This document shows positions 14,732-28,312 of a stretch of DNA of 64,000 bases, one piece after another. This stretch comes from Harriotta raleighana (Eukaryota). The translations under genes were made by a program, and so were the position numbers. The notes below the pieces were generated by a model. It was not told where the DNA came from and made no database searches. It saw only the letters and a program-made list of their open reading frames with translations. Where the stretch lies: positions 1,973,367 to 2,037,366 of the forward strand of contig JBNZDD010013679.1 in the NCBI GenBank assembly GCA_050575255.1. Direction: 5' to 3'. Within the stretch, counting starts at the first letter, position 1. Each line of letters starts with the position of its first letter.

Positions 14732-15524
14732 TTAGGGAGCACATAAGAGGAGGATGATAATGTTTCAGAACATTTTTCTACCCTTTACTCTAGTACTGTA
14801 TATTACTGTATATTCTGTGTTATACTGCATGAATATCTCTTATACATTTCCTTTCTTTTTAATGGGATGCATCGACTCTTATTAAGCGCCTCTTATGTTC
14901 AATTTCTATTTTTTGTCCAAACAATACTTACGAGAGGAGAAAAACTGGCAGAAAATTCAGTTTTTAATTAAAATATTTATTGCATCAAATAACGTTGCAG
15001 GTTCTGTCAAACCATTAAAGACAATTCAGTCCCGAGGAAAAAAAGATTACATTATTAATCGCTTTATTATTGAAGCTACAATGTAATAGACTTTATATGC
15101 TTAATTTAGTAGGAAAACCATAATACATTAAATGGGACCGTTACATGGCAAGCATCTAGGTTAATTCAATGCAACACACAAGCCTAACAATGCATCTTTT
15201 ACCAATCACATAGCATCATACAGCACAGTTTTCTTCCTTTGACTTGAAAATAAATAATCCTTGCATTTGATATGGTGTCTTTTATGTCAGGAGGATGTCT
15301 TTCATAGCATCACTGCATTTACTCAGAGTGTAGCAACTGTGTATTTTATCGACAAATGGAGGGTGGAGGGAGAACAGTAAAATGTCTACAACTAAGAGAT
15401 TCACCCATAAATATACAGTCAATTCACTCTACCGGATATTCTGTGAACAGCTCTGAGACCTCTAGAAGTTGTGAAAAAGCTATGAATGCAAGGATTATTA
15501 TTATTAAGGCTTTTAAGGGTATAC

Positions 15525-16700
15525 AACAACAACAAAACTACATTTGTAAAGTGCCTTTTAAATTGGGAGGATGTCCCAAGGGGCTGAACAATAAGACATC
15601 AGGATCCGAGCATGGGGGGCAGGGTTGGGATGGGAGGTGGGGTAGGAGGGCAGCTGATGGCTCGGTCAAAGAGGAGGGTCTTGAGTTGTTCCATGAAGAA
15701 AGCAAGAGAGGGAGCAAGGTGAAGGGATTGTGGGATGGAGTTCCAAAGAGTGAGGGAAGAGAGGCTGAAAACATGGCCGTCAATAATAGGGGGGGTCGGG
15801 AGTAACTAAACAGGCTGAAGTCTACTGAACGGAATGAATGCAGGGTTGATAGGGGATCAGCAGGTCAACAGCAGCAACAACAACATTACAGGGGGTTATA
15901 GAGCCTTGTGTGAGAGAGGATATGAGCTATAGAGTTCAGGATGATTTGCAGTTTATTGAGGGAAGAGATGGGGAGGCTGACAAGGAGGGGATTTCCATAG
16001 GCGAGCCTTGAGGTGATGAATCCATGAATGCATGCATGAGGGTTTTGGAAGTCTGAGGTTTGNGCTGAAAACATGGCCGTCAATAATAGGGGGGGTCGGG
16101 AGTAACTAAACAGGCAGTGGCGGAGTCAAGCAATATTGCGGCGGTGGTGGAAGGCAGAGTGGGTCATGGTACGAATATGGGAGAGAAAGTACAGTTGAGG
16201 GTCGGACAAGACTCCCAAGTTCCTAACTGGCTTGGTGAGGTGGAATCTGCAATTGTGAATGCTGATGCTGCCAGTGCCTGAGGTAATCACTAGGTCGAGT
16301 GGATGGGTGGCGGAATGGATGTGGAGGGAGAGATTGTGAGAGGAAAGGAGAAAGGAGACGCTTGAGAAGATAGAGCAGGAGGGGGTGAAGTGAAGGTTGA
16401 AGTCGCCAAGGTTGAGGAGGCATTCAAAACAGAGGGAAGCTAGGAAGATGATGACATCAGAGATAAAGGTGGGGAAGGTTTTGTGGGGCAAATTAAGAAT
16501 TTTGATGGAAAGATTGGCCTTATGGTAGAGTGCAAGGTACCCAAATGAGGGAAGTGAGCTATAGGAGTAAGGGAATAAAGTAAGTGAGGTCCTGGAGATG
16601 AAGGCCACAGCACCACCACAGTGGGACATGGGGTATGGTGGGAGGTATAGCCAGATGGTGTGGGCTCAGTCAGGGGGAAGGTGTCACCTGGGGGTGATCC
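15525..16700 (-). mobile_element. Internally deleted L2 (endonuclease remnant joined to C-terminal region and tail)
   Basis: ORF 16126..16629: GGAVAF, LGDFNLH, LDLVIT (APE motifs) run directly into PVRNLGVLSDPQL..HHRRNIA; contains N at 16063. Confidence 0.75.
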
Positions 16701-18249
16701 ATGTGAGCTGGGTGGGCATAATAATGTAGATTGATTGGCAGGGAGGTTAGAACTGAGCTCTAGGGAGGAGAAGTTACCCCCTGGAGTCTGGTGGGGATTG
16801 CGGTAATATTTTCCAAAGCCTCGGGATTGAAGACTTCGACGAGAGCCAAAGAGTATGGCTTCTGTCTTGTCAACATTGAGCTGAAGGAAATCACCATCCA
16901 TAGATCCACACTTCACCTCACCTTGGAATCTTCTTTGACACCCAACTTCCTTTCTATTGTACATCCATGCCATGACCATCTTCACCTGTACCTTCAGCCA
17001 CCCCCCTATTTCCCTGTCCTCCACCCTTCCTGATCCCAATCTCTGCTCAAGTAAAAATCCCCAACTGCATCTTGGGATGTCCTCCCTATGCGAAAGTTGC
17101 TATAGAAATGTAATTTGTTGTTGTTGTTGTTGGCTGCATGACAAAAAAAAATCACAATCATAAAAGGGATAAAGGAACTGACCAGATGAAAACCAGTTCA
17201 ATCTAAAGATACGCAAGATGTTCAATGATCTTAAAAGTGTTTTGATTGTATACACTTCTATGTATGCTTTTGAGTTAGTCTGATATTGGTACGGTCAACT
17301 CCTTTAAATTTGGTTTATGTTACTCAGATCCTTCTGAGGCTTTAGGTGCATATGAAAACAAGAAGATACCTAAAAGGCAGCTGGGACCTCAGTATTAATT
17401 TTGATGCAAAGAAAACAACAACAACAAAATTACATTTGTACAGTGCCTTTCACGTCGAGAGGACATCCCAAAGCACCTACAAAGGCATTTGGTTTTGCAA
17501 TTGGAGATGTTGAATCAAGATCCTGACTGTCTTTCCAGGTGGACATTAAAAATCCCATGATATTTGCGGAAAAGACACAGGAGTTTCTACTGGTGTCCTA
17601 ACCAACAATCCCCTAGATACAACTGATCATTATTGAGAAATTTGTTTTTGGCTGAGAAGTTTTGTTTTGCCCTAATCCACAAAAGTTCTTCTTAGGGTAT
17701 AAAGGGGGAACAAGTGGATGTGCCACTGACCAGGCCAGTTAAAAAACATTCTTTTGCCACAAAATGCAGAGATGGAATGGATGAAATTTATATGTATCTT
17801 GAGTTATCAGGTACATCATGTCCAGAAGTACTATTATTTTCAGCATCTATGGAACTGAGATCATATTCAAATTAATTTCCATCTCCCTGGCCAAAGATCA
17901 GACTCAGCAACAATAAGCAGGAGGAGGAGAGGTGGAGAGGATATGAAGCTCAGTATCTCCGAAGAATCCTCTCCCAACAACGTGGAGACTGGCAGTGACG
18001 GTCCCTCCACATTAGTAGCTGCTATCTCTTGATAAGACGAACATACATTACTATAAAGAGTTTTGTCAAAGTTTCTGGGACCTTCGTTGTGCACAAATGG
18101 GTGGCAAGTGGGTCTATAAATGCACTGTGACAACAATTCACAGTAATTATTACAATTACAATTCTATATGAATCATGAGAATTATTGTGTGTGTTTTAAC
18201 AGCTGTATATCAGTGTATGATATTATAATATAAACATTAGCTCCCTGTT

Positions 18250-18564
18250 GGATTAGATGGCTCCGTGGTTGGAGCACTCGCCTTGCATGGAGGGAAACCT
18301 GGGTTTGATTCCAGGCAGAGCAAATGCTTGGGCATGTTTCCTTACTCTACATGCCTAATAATAATCCCATAAGAAAAACAAACAATAGTAAATTGGTCAT
18401 TTTGAATCCCACTGTTTGTAGGACACTGCTGTCTGCAATTGGCTGCCATGTTTCGTCCACAAATATAGGTTTAATTCACTTTACAGTATATTCTCTGAAG
18501 TACTTTGAGGTGAAAAGACAAGCAAGTGAAAAGCGCTGTATCAAATGCAAGAATTATTGTTACT
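18250..18564 (+). mobile_element. tRNA-derived Deu-domain SINE, near full length
   Basis: tRNA-like head, Deu core (tgtttgtaggacactgctgtctgcaattggctgcc), tail aaagcgctgtatcaaatgcaag followed by a TAT-type repeat. Confidence 0.85.
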
Positions 18565-18994
18565 ATCGATGCTAAAGCTGCTGTTCATTGAGAAAAGTGA
18601 ACTATAGGAGCAAGAAGGTCTCGAATCCAATTCCTCATCTCTGCTGAGATAATTAATATGAGCAGGGCTAAAAGAAGAAGCACTACATATCCTTTGGGAT
18701 ACAAGGAAAGAGCTGGAAAATGGAATTAACAAAAAAAGGTGACTTAAACAAATGGGTAAGTGTGACAGACACAATGGGTCAAATTTCCTCTCCTCTGCAC
18801 CGCAACTGTTTTTGTTTCTATGTTTGCTCCAAGATTAATGAAGGAAACATCCATTTTTCGTTGATTGTTACTGGCTGACATTCAGGAGTGGAAATCTTTG
18901 ATTTGTTCAGCAGGGTGCCTGACACACGGTGAGAGCCATCACCACGCTTAATCGTATCCAAACCATATGGAGAGTTCCATGCCCGTGTGTTAGA

Positions 18995-19400
18995 CTGAGT
19001 CAGATGGTAGCACTCTCACCTCTGAGTCAAAAGGTCATAGGTTCAAGCTCCACATCAGGACTTTGAGCTAAGAGTCTAGACTGACACTCCACTGCAGCAT
19101 TCTCCAGGTGCCATCCTTCAGGTGAGATGTTAAACTGAGGTCTTTAACATCTGCTTGCTGAGGTGGATGTTAAATATCTACCATGAGTCTATATGAAAAG
19201 AGAAGGGAGATGCTCTTGGTTCTTCGTTAATAGTCTCCCCAAATAAAATTAGTTATTTGCTGCATACCCTCTTGGTGAGAAATTATTTTGCACATTAGCT
19301 AATATGTTCATCAGAAAGCACAGTTTCTATACTTTACAGTGATTCACCTTGAAGCACTTTAAGATGTTTTGATTTTATGGGCAGTATATGAAATGCAAAG
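18995..19400 (+). mobile_element. Older SacSINE1/AmnSINE1-like DeuSINE
   Basis: Different tRNA head (ggtagcactctcacctctgagtcaaaaggtcataggttcaagc), then gagatgttaaactgagg...ggtggatgttaaa; related fragments at ~11500-11645, 25340-25495, 26780-26930 and 39110-39345. Confidence 0.6.
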
Positions 19401-19731
19401 ATTGTCATTAGAAGATGCTCATAGGACTGATCCAAAAAGGTGGTCTTTCTGTTTCAATGATAGAGCATATTGTAACAGCATTGCGATATTGGAATAATTA
19501 TGCTTCCTGACTTCAACATTTTCCCCCTTTTTGTCTTGAATCAGACAAGAGTAGGATTCAAGCACAGCCATACTGAATGGGAGTCCAATTGTCTTTCTAT
19601 TGGATGTACACACAATATGTGAAGTGGGGGATTCTTCTCAGTGAAATACCAAGCTGAAGTCAGAATAGACGTAAAAATGTAATCCAATTTTATCAACAAA
19701 AGGGAAACCTTTGAAAAACTGAGATTTGCTT

Positions 19732-19754
19732 TATATATATATATATATATATAT
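19732..19754. repeat. (TA)n microsatellite
   Basis: Direct inspection; similar tracts at ~29485-29505 and ~62470-62495. Confidence 0.9.
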
Positions 19755-21269
19755 TATATTTATATAGCGCCTTTCACGTAAAAAGCAGTTCAAAACAAAA
19801 CGAATAGCCTTTCACGTGTTAGACTACAGCTGATGATATAATGAACTCAATGAATGGTTGAAATAAGCATTAGGGCCAAAATCCTATTTGATTTATCTCA
19901 AATCTTACAATCCTCATTAAAACATCATGATTAGCCATTCAGCTTTCCACAAAACCAAGTAAACAGCCTTCTTCCTCAGTCTCTCTTCACCATCGCTATC
20001 CTGTCATCTCCACTGCGAACTCAGCCACTCACATTCTTTACTAGTTCAAAAGGTGTAAAGGCTTTTTTTTCCCTGAGTTCCATGTGAATTAGTTTAAATA
20101 CCACATTTATTGTAAAGCCTAAGTACATTTTTTAAGTTAGCTCCAGGCTCCATCTGGTAATGTTCAACTGAAATGACAATATACAATCTGCAACAATTAT
20201 GTGAATACTTGAAAAGGTGCAAATGAAGATTTCAACCCACTGGCATCTTTGCATGCTGTTTGGTAGCCTAAGTAAATAGCAATTTCAGCCCCTTGTTCTC
20301 AGGTTTAGCAAAGCTCGCCGGTTACAATTCCTCACAGCATCTGCTTCGAGGAGGCAGTAAAAGTGAAGATGAATTACAGCTTGCCTCACCCTTGTGCTGA
20401 TCGGGGAATGGCTTGTCAGGTGCAGATGAATGGCCCAGAACTAGCTGTGTTCACAGATCCGTATATAGCAGTCTCACCAAGCAGCACCCTCGCTGCAGAA
20501 AGCCAGCTGTTGCAGCACAGACTCGGATCTGCGTAGGCCTTCATACATTCCTTCCAGATGTTTGTTTTTTCCATTACCACATTTTTCAGATTCTCTCCTC
20601 ACACTTGCAAAGATGTCAAAACAAAGCAAATTCTAATGGACTATCAGAGAGTAGGAAGTGAAAATGGAACGGAATTCTGTTATGCTTAATAGGACAGGAC
20701 TGACACACAAAAAAGTAGAAGGTTTCTGATGAAATGCCTTAGATGGATGTAACAATAGAAAAAAAAATTACATTTATATAGCACCTTCCATGTCAGCTGG
20801 GCATGCCACCAGTAATGCAAAGATCAGAAGGAACAGAGACTTGAACGAGGATTTTTAACATTGAATGGTGATATGAATTTTCATCAGATCACATTTTATT
20901 GCAAATAAATAATTTACTTGCAGTTAGGGAGATATTTGGACTGTACAGCATGAAGTCACTTTAGGCAGTTTCCCAGCAGCAACTGTAAACATTTACTGTT
21001 GGGATAGTTAATGCTGAATATTTCAATGAATCGGCTTAAGGTGATATATCCATTTTAAATTATTACATTAACAGATCTATGAAGCGGGAGAGACTGGGGA
21101 AAACAAACATAACCTAATGTGCCATTGGCGAGAAATGATGGAATATGGTGCATCAAGACAACATGAAAGAGACCACATTTCAGGGAAGCTAAGCTCTTCA
21201 TTCCATGTGCAAGAATCTGGCTAGTCATCACCAGCTCCACCATAGCATTGTTTTATATGCAGATTGCAG

Positions 21270-21900
21270 TATAAGCAGACTCACCCTGAATAGGTCACAA
21301 CTCTGCCCCCACTCTCTGAAACTCCATCCCGCAAACCCTCTGTCTCACCCCCTCCCTTGCCTCTTTCAAGACCCATCTCAAAATCCTCCTCTTCAACCAT
21401 GCCTTCGATCACCTTCCTTTCTCCAACCCTCCCTGATCCCGACTCGGGTCCGAGCCAACAATCTTCCTGATAATAATAATAATAATAATCCAATACAAAA
21501 TTATACTTGTATAGCTTCTTTCACGTCAGGAGGATGTTCCAAGGTGGTGGACAGTCGGTGTTTTGGACCCGAGCTGGGAGCCAATGCCCAGGAGGATGAA
21601 AAGCAGTGGGGGATGGAGAGTGATCAAAGGCATGATCGAAAAGGATGATATTGAGGCAAGCCTTGAAGTTGGCAAGGGAGGGTGCGAGGTGGAGGGACTG
21701 TGCAATGGAGTTCCAGTAAGTGGGTGCAGAGTGGCTAAAGGCCTGACCACCAATGGTGGGGCGGCCAAGGCAGGGGACGTAAAGCAAGCTAGAGTACACT
21801 AAGCAAAAGGAGAAGACAGGTTGGTAGAGTTAGACGTTTGCAGAGATGGGGAGTAGCAAAGCCAATGGAGGGCCTTGAGTGAGGACCAGGATTTTGGACA
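21270..21900. mobile_element. Tail-to-tail pair of L2 3' fragments (plus ~21270-21490, minus ~21490-21900)
   Basis: GGQAFSHSAPTYWNS on the minus strand; matching sense fragment immediately to its left. Confidence 0.75.
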
Positions 21901-24900
21901 GAGTGTGACCTCAGGTCCCTGCGGTTGATGAGTTGCAGATTCACCCCCACCCTCCCAAGAGATTAAATNTTAGACGTTTGCAGAGATGGGGAGTAGCAAA
22001 GCCAATGGAGGGCCTTGAGAGTGAGGACCAGGATTTTGGACAGAGTGTGACCTCAGGTCCCTGTGGTTGCTGAGTTGCAGATTCACCCCCACCCTCCCAA
22101 GAGATTAAACCTGTGTTACAGACAAGACTCCCATCTTCCATATTTGCCTGGTTCAGGGTGGGGGCAGGGATTGGCGAGTCTGCACCACAATATTGCCAAT
22201 TGAAATAAATGTTGATTAAAGTGTCTCACCGTGCTTTTTAAAAGAGCCAGCAGACACGATGGGTCAAATGGCCTTTTTCTGTGCTGTCAATGTCTATGAT
22301 TCTAACTAAACAAAATGTTGACGGTGTGGGGGCAGGTGGGAGGAAACACTGGGCACAGCATAGGCCAAAAAAAAATTGGAAACTGTGTTTCAAGCTGATT
22401 TATATTCTTTCAAACTTCGAACACAGACTTATTGAGTTCATAATTAACATTTACAAACAAATTCTGGATAATTTGAGTATACGGTAGCTGATAGTCTGTG
22501 GGAGGGAATAAAAAGGATCTTTGGTTAGTCAGGGCAAGGTCAGAATTTAAGTTATTACTTTACCTGGATGCCGCGGATGAGACACTGAGCTACACATACC
22601 AGGAAAGTTCCAGGTTTTGATCCTAGTCTTTTCTATGCTGATGGTGGGCACTCATTTTGTCTTAAGCATCCCTATAATAATCCTTGCATTTGATATGTTG
22701 GAAAGACATTAAAAACTGTTGCATACAATACATGGTAAAGCATAGTGACTGATTTAGGGATTGTTTAAAAAATGTATAAAGAAAAATCTATCTGGGCTCC
22801 TACTTCTAATCAACAACAACAAAATTACATTTATAGGCCGCCTTTCACATCGAGAGGACGTTCCGAGGCTCTGATCACAATCTGCTATCCTTTGCTGTAA
22901 GTGTGCATAGATGGATATTTGTTAGAGAGGTTTGAGATTGCAATGACCTCCATAGTTGAATAACCTGCTGGCAATCATTGCTTTGGCTCGAGCATGCAAA
23001 AACAGCGACTTGAACTAGATTCCTGCACCAGGAGACCCCTAGCCATAGAATGAACTGTGCTGGTGTCTAGAAAAGAAAGAGCAAGGGAATGGAAAATAGT
23101 ATTGAAAATCTCATCTGAAATTGGGATAAAATATACACAGCACTATTGCTGAAACAGAGCCTTGGTGATGCAGCCAAAAATCCGACCCTTGGTTTCAATT
23201 TTGAATGGTCACAAATTACACCATCTGTTGTAACATTCCTCTGTGCGTTTCCGACAGCGGGCCTTCAGAACCAATATCGTGAGCAGATCCCTATAGAATG
23301 AGAGTTACTTAAATTTCAGAAGCTGGTAATTCTTATAACCTCTCTTAGGGAGATTGCTGTAGCAGTGCCAGCCCTTGCAAATTAGAGGGCAGTTTTCAAC
23401 TGTGGACTCGAGTCTATTGGGAACTGGATTGAAACTCGTTTAAGATCATTAACAGACAGCAGTAAGATAAGACTTTCATCCCATCTGTCTGCCTGGATTT
23501 GAACTCAGGTTCCAGATGTAAAAGGACAGCGTTCGATCTCTTTGAGTCACCCAGGTCCCAAATGAATTCTGTTTCTTGTTTATTCAATACTCCACAATCT
23601 CAAATGATCACCGGGGGCAAGAGAGAGCTCAAGACATAAAAAAAAATCAGTGTGACTGAAATCTATTTATTATGAATAAAAATCATTGTAGAAACCTACA
23701 GTGAGAAAGTAAATCAAATGGGGCTTTTTTTGTTTTACAAGTGTTTCCAGCAGTTCTCAAAATAACGGGTGGCATTCCCAGTATAATAAATATCCAATTC
23801 ACTGGCTTGTCTTAAATGTAGCCACCAATGATAATGAAGAGATATTCACCAGTAAACACCATTTGCAAACCAACATTTCATCTACAGCAACCATATTTAT
23901 CAGTTTGAAGAAATTGTGGGTCACTTTGAAGGAAACAGGCTTTAGATCATCTTTTAAACTCTAAAGAAAACAAGCATAAATGTAAGTAGGCACTTAGTCT
24001 TGACTCTGTTTGATCCACTGTTTGATCCACTATCATGGATAACAACAACAACTTGAATTTATAAAGCACCCTTCATTGCAGGGTATCATCCTTGAGTGCT
24101 TGCAGGCTTCTTAGAGAGCAGGAATTTTGCCAAGAGAAGGACTTCTGAGGCAGGATGCAAGAACAGAGATAGAATAATGCACCATCAACATCATGCAGAT
24201 TTATTGTATATACACACTTGTAAATTTGTTTGGCTTTAGTCCATTCAGGAATGCAAAGATTTAATATGTTGATGTATATAACCCAACATGTGTGGAACAC
24301 CAGATAAAGCAATTTAGCTTCTTAGAGAGCTAACTGTTTCTTCTCTTTAGGGATATTTAATTGTTGTGCTTTAATACATGTTGAGAAAATCTCAAATAAT
24401 TCTTGCATAGTTCCTTATGCTTCAAAGCATCTCAAACCACTTCTGTACAGTCTAGTGATTATTTGTAGTCACTATTTGGAGTCAGCCAATTGCACATAAA
24501 ACCCAAAGAGCCATAAAATAAATTCCTAATGTTATCTAGGGGATTGTTGACCAGATCTCTGTTTGCTAATTTAATTAGTCCACATCAGTAGATGGGACAT
24601 CAGTTGAACATCACACCCAAAATCAGCACCACTGACAATGCAACTATACAATTTGTCTCACTTGCTTGATTGAAAAGGGAAGGGAGTACCAGTATTGTTC
24701 GTCCGAAGTGTTTTAACTAAACTACTGCACAAAATGCCTGTAATCTCTTGAACTGACCCGATGAATGAATAATATGGAGGTTCTTTTGGTATCATCCTGG
24801 AAATGTCCATAGCCTTAGAGAGTTTGCCAGGAAAGATGGTGGGACCAGGTTAGTGGAAGTTTTTTTTTAAAAAGCCTGATGCTATGGTGGGAAGATAGCA

Positions 24901-26309
24901 AGATGGTGTGTTCTGGAGAGATAAGATCAAATGGGCTGATGGATATTCTTCATCCAAATTGATCCTGTGTCTTATCATAATCCTTGTATTTGATGGAGTG
25001 CCTAATCAGGTTTTCAAAATGTCTCAAAGAGCTTCACAGAGTAATTGTAAAATAAATTGACTGTATATTTTTGGGCAAAATGCACCAGCCAATTGCATAC
25101 AGCAGTGTCTAAAGACAGTCGTGGATTGTACACTACTTTTTATTTATTGGATTATTACCCCTAGAAATGTGTTCCACCAATTGATTAGCAACTGGGTTGC
25201 TACTTACTACTAGATAAACAGAGGCATGTGGGGTAAGGAAACTTGCCTAATGTTTCGCCCTGCCCAGGAATCCAACCAAGGTCCACACGCTTACAAGGCG
25301 AGTGCTTTAACCAATTTGCTACAAGACTCCACTTGGTGCTGTATAGCGAAAGATTATACTTCTCACAATACAACACTGCCATATCACTGTATGGGAATGT
25401 CATCCCAGACTATGAGTTCAAAGTCTTGATTCAGGGCTTGAACCTATATATTTTTGACTCTAGAGGTGAATGCTACCAACTGAGCCAGGCTGACACACAT
25501 GAATAGCACATTCATTTGTAAGATTAGTGCATCACATCTCTGAATCCACTTAATCTACAGTTCATCTTTCTAGTCCAGGGTAAGGCGTTACTGTCAAGAT
25601 TGAAAGGAGCACTAGGCACAGTTGGACTAAAAACAAAAGCAAGAAAAAAAAGCATTTCATTGAACACACACAAGAAACGAGTTCACACTACACAGCCTAG
25701 GCTACACGCTGTGCTGCAGATTACTTTGATACACAACACTAGAAGCAATTTCAGCACTAAACATAATTGGACTTCTTTCTTTCAGCAGGCTCCACTCTGA
25801 ACAGTTGAGCAAGGCAACCAGAATCAAATCACAAGAAATCATAAGAGACGTTTGAATGAAGAAGGTCCTTTGGCTCTCTTGTTCTCATCCCTTCAGAACA
25901 CACACCCTACCAGCTACTCATTATAGCAGATTCTCACAAGAGTCCAGCATCCTAGTCTCTACTACACTTCCTGGTATCCTGTTCCAGCTGTTGATTATAG
26001 AACAATTCACTGGTGACTGATCCCAAATTGCTCTTCAAAGCCCTGAATCTGTGGCCTTTTGTCATGAGGGCAGAAGCTGTCTTGGTGTACCCTTTCACTC
26101 CCGGGACCATTGGGCAGGTAAATACAACAGTCTCTCCCAGTCTTGTAAATTCCAATATTTGTATTTCCACAAAATAGTCAATTAATTTTCCAATGTTCTC
26201 TGAAGCTCTTTGAGACATCTCAAAGACGCGATAAGGCACTATATCAAAGCAAGAATGAATTATCCCAAAGATCAGAATTCAAGTCAAACAAGTCACTGTA
26301 GTAATGTTG

Positions 26310-26720
26310 CAGGCCATGGGGAAGGAGGGGGCATGGCAGAAGGATCAAGGGAAAATTCCAAAGTTTTGGGGGCATAGTGACTGAAAGCACAGCCGCCAAT
26401 GGTAGAGTAGAGGTGACAAGGGATAAGCAGGAGGACAGAGCCAGCCGAGTGATGGCGGTGAAGTGAGGATGCCATGAATGCACTTGTGAACAAGTGGGAG
26501 GAACTTGGAGTTGATCCATTCTGTGGAAGGGAGCCAGTGGATGTAGGATGGGGTATAGAGTTTAGAGCAGGTGAGTATCTGGGCAGTGGAATTTTGAATT
26601 GTTGGATTTTTTGATAATGGAACTGGGAAGAACAGCGAGGAGGGGATTGGAAAAGTCGAGGCAAGAGGTGACGAAAGCACGGACGAGGGTTTGGGCTGTA
26701 TTTGGTGTGAGGTATGTCCA
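26310..26720 (-). mobile_element. L2 fragment
   Basis: IQNSTAQILT, IHWLP and IGGCAFSHYAP segments in different frames. Confidence 0.75.
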
Positions 26721-27704
26721 AAATTGGTTAGTCACTCCATGGCAATTTGTGGGACATCACAGGATCTAAATACATGTCAGGTTGGCTCGAGGTTAGCACT
26801 CTCACCTTGTATTCAGAAGGTTGCGGGTTCGAAGATGACACTCCAAAGAGGTGCAGCGATATGCTACACTGTTGGAGGTACTGTCCTTCGAATGAGAAGT
26901 TAAACCACATGTGCCTTTTCTAGTGGACTTTAGTCTGCCTCTTCTACTTCCACTGTCTGCCTAGCAAGCCTGTTGCATATGTTTACTACTCGCTCACTGC
27001 AGGAGCGTTTCTATAGATTTGTTCTGAATTTACCCCCCGTTCAATCGCAGGTTGTGGCCTCTAGTTCTACTGTGAAGTACAAGATAAAAAGACTCATCAG
27101 GGTCTATATTATCTATTCTCTTCAGAATCTTAAAAGACTGTAATCATATCATCACTCAACTTCCTCTTCTCCAGTGCGAATATATCCAGTTAATCTAATT
27201 GATCCTCATAGTCCAGTCCATCACCTCAATCATTTTGGTTTCATTTCTCCATAACCTCTCAATCACTGCAATATTCCTTTTAATTCCCCAAATAAAATTG
27301 GTTACTCACTCCACGACTATTTGTGGAATATTGCTGTGTGCAAATTGGCTCTTGCATTTGCCCATAAAATGCACATTCGCTCCACTTTACAATACATCCT
27401 GAGTGCTTTGGGAAGTCCTCCTGATATGAAAGGTATTGTACAAAATGCAAGATTACTCTAAAGTGTCATGATTATTTTATAGGCGAATATGGCTACCAAC
27501 ATAGTAATGGCCCACAATCAGCCATCAAATGAGTGACCAATTTTATCTTGAGGATTATTGGCCAGGAAACTGGAAGAAACTCCCTTCTCTTTCTGAATAG
27601 TGGCATGGAACTTTTAATGTCCACCAAAACTCAAGTTAGCATCTGAATGATGAAAATTCACAGACCCGGCAGATCACTAAAAAAGGTAATGATTGAAATC
27701 ATAA

Positions 27705-28312
27705 TGATTTAAATTTCCTAAATGTGCAGCTTAGGAGTAATGTTAACAATAGAAGCTGCTGTGTCTGTGTAACTACTTATCATTTATTGCTGAAACTGCT
27801 CCATCCTATAAAGCAGTTTGTAGGTTCAGTTGGCAGGGAGCAAATCTTGAAAAATCCAATCAAGAAAGATTTAATTAATTTTTTTTAAAAATTGAAAATT
27901 CCACAGCGGCATTCAGCTCCAAAGAATATTTCCAAGCTAATGCACTGGAACATTCAGAGGTGGCTTATCCTGATGAGAATCTTCTTTTTCCCTTCACCAG
28001 TTAAAATGTTAAGCCTGTTACAAAGGTTGGGGAAATGACTAAAGCTGCTTAAAAAACAGGTAAGATATTAGCACCTGAAAGCGACAGAACACCATGGCTG
28101 ATTACAATGGAGTTATCTGCTTCTATAAATTATACCAGGACTATATAAGCATGGATGCCAGTGGCATTTGACGATTTCTGCAGGTTTCTAAATACCAGCT
28201 CCCTGGAATCCACACAGGGTATTTAAAGTTTCCTCCGTTTCGCTGATCAGAAACATTATGCAACATTAATTGACTTTTTCTCTCGTCTCACAGCAGGTCA
28301 CCACCTGAAGTA
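27705..28312. repeat. Copy A of a ~600 bp direct dispersed duplication (partner at 44601-45233)
   Basis: Aligned by eye at offset 16896 from tgatttaaatttcctaaatg to cacctgaagta; only a handful of substitutions and two ~12-nt indels. Confidence 0.95.

Noticed and set aside
15764-16114. 50-bp direct repeat on either side of N at 16063
   Set aside because: Second copy starts right at the N; probably two haplotypes or contig ends joined.
21830-22110. ~135-bp tandem duplication around N at 21969
   Set aside because: Near-identical copies meeting at a single N indicate unmerged contig overlap, not biology.
24621-24641. RE1-like TCAGCACCACTGACAATGC
   Set aside because: Right half-site mismatched (TGACAA vs GGACAG) and lies in a SINE remnant.
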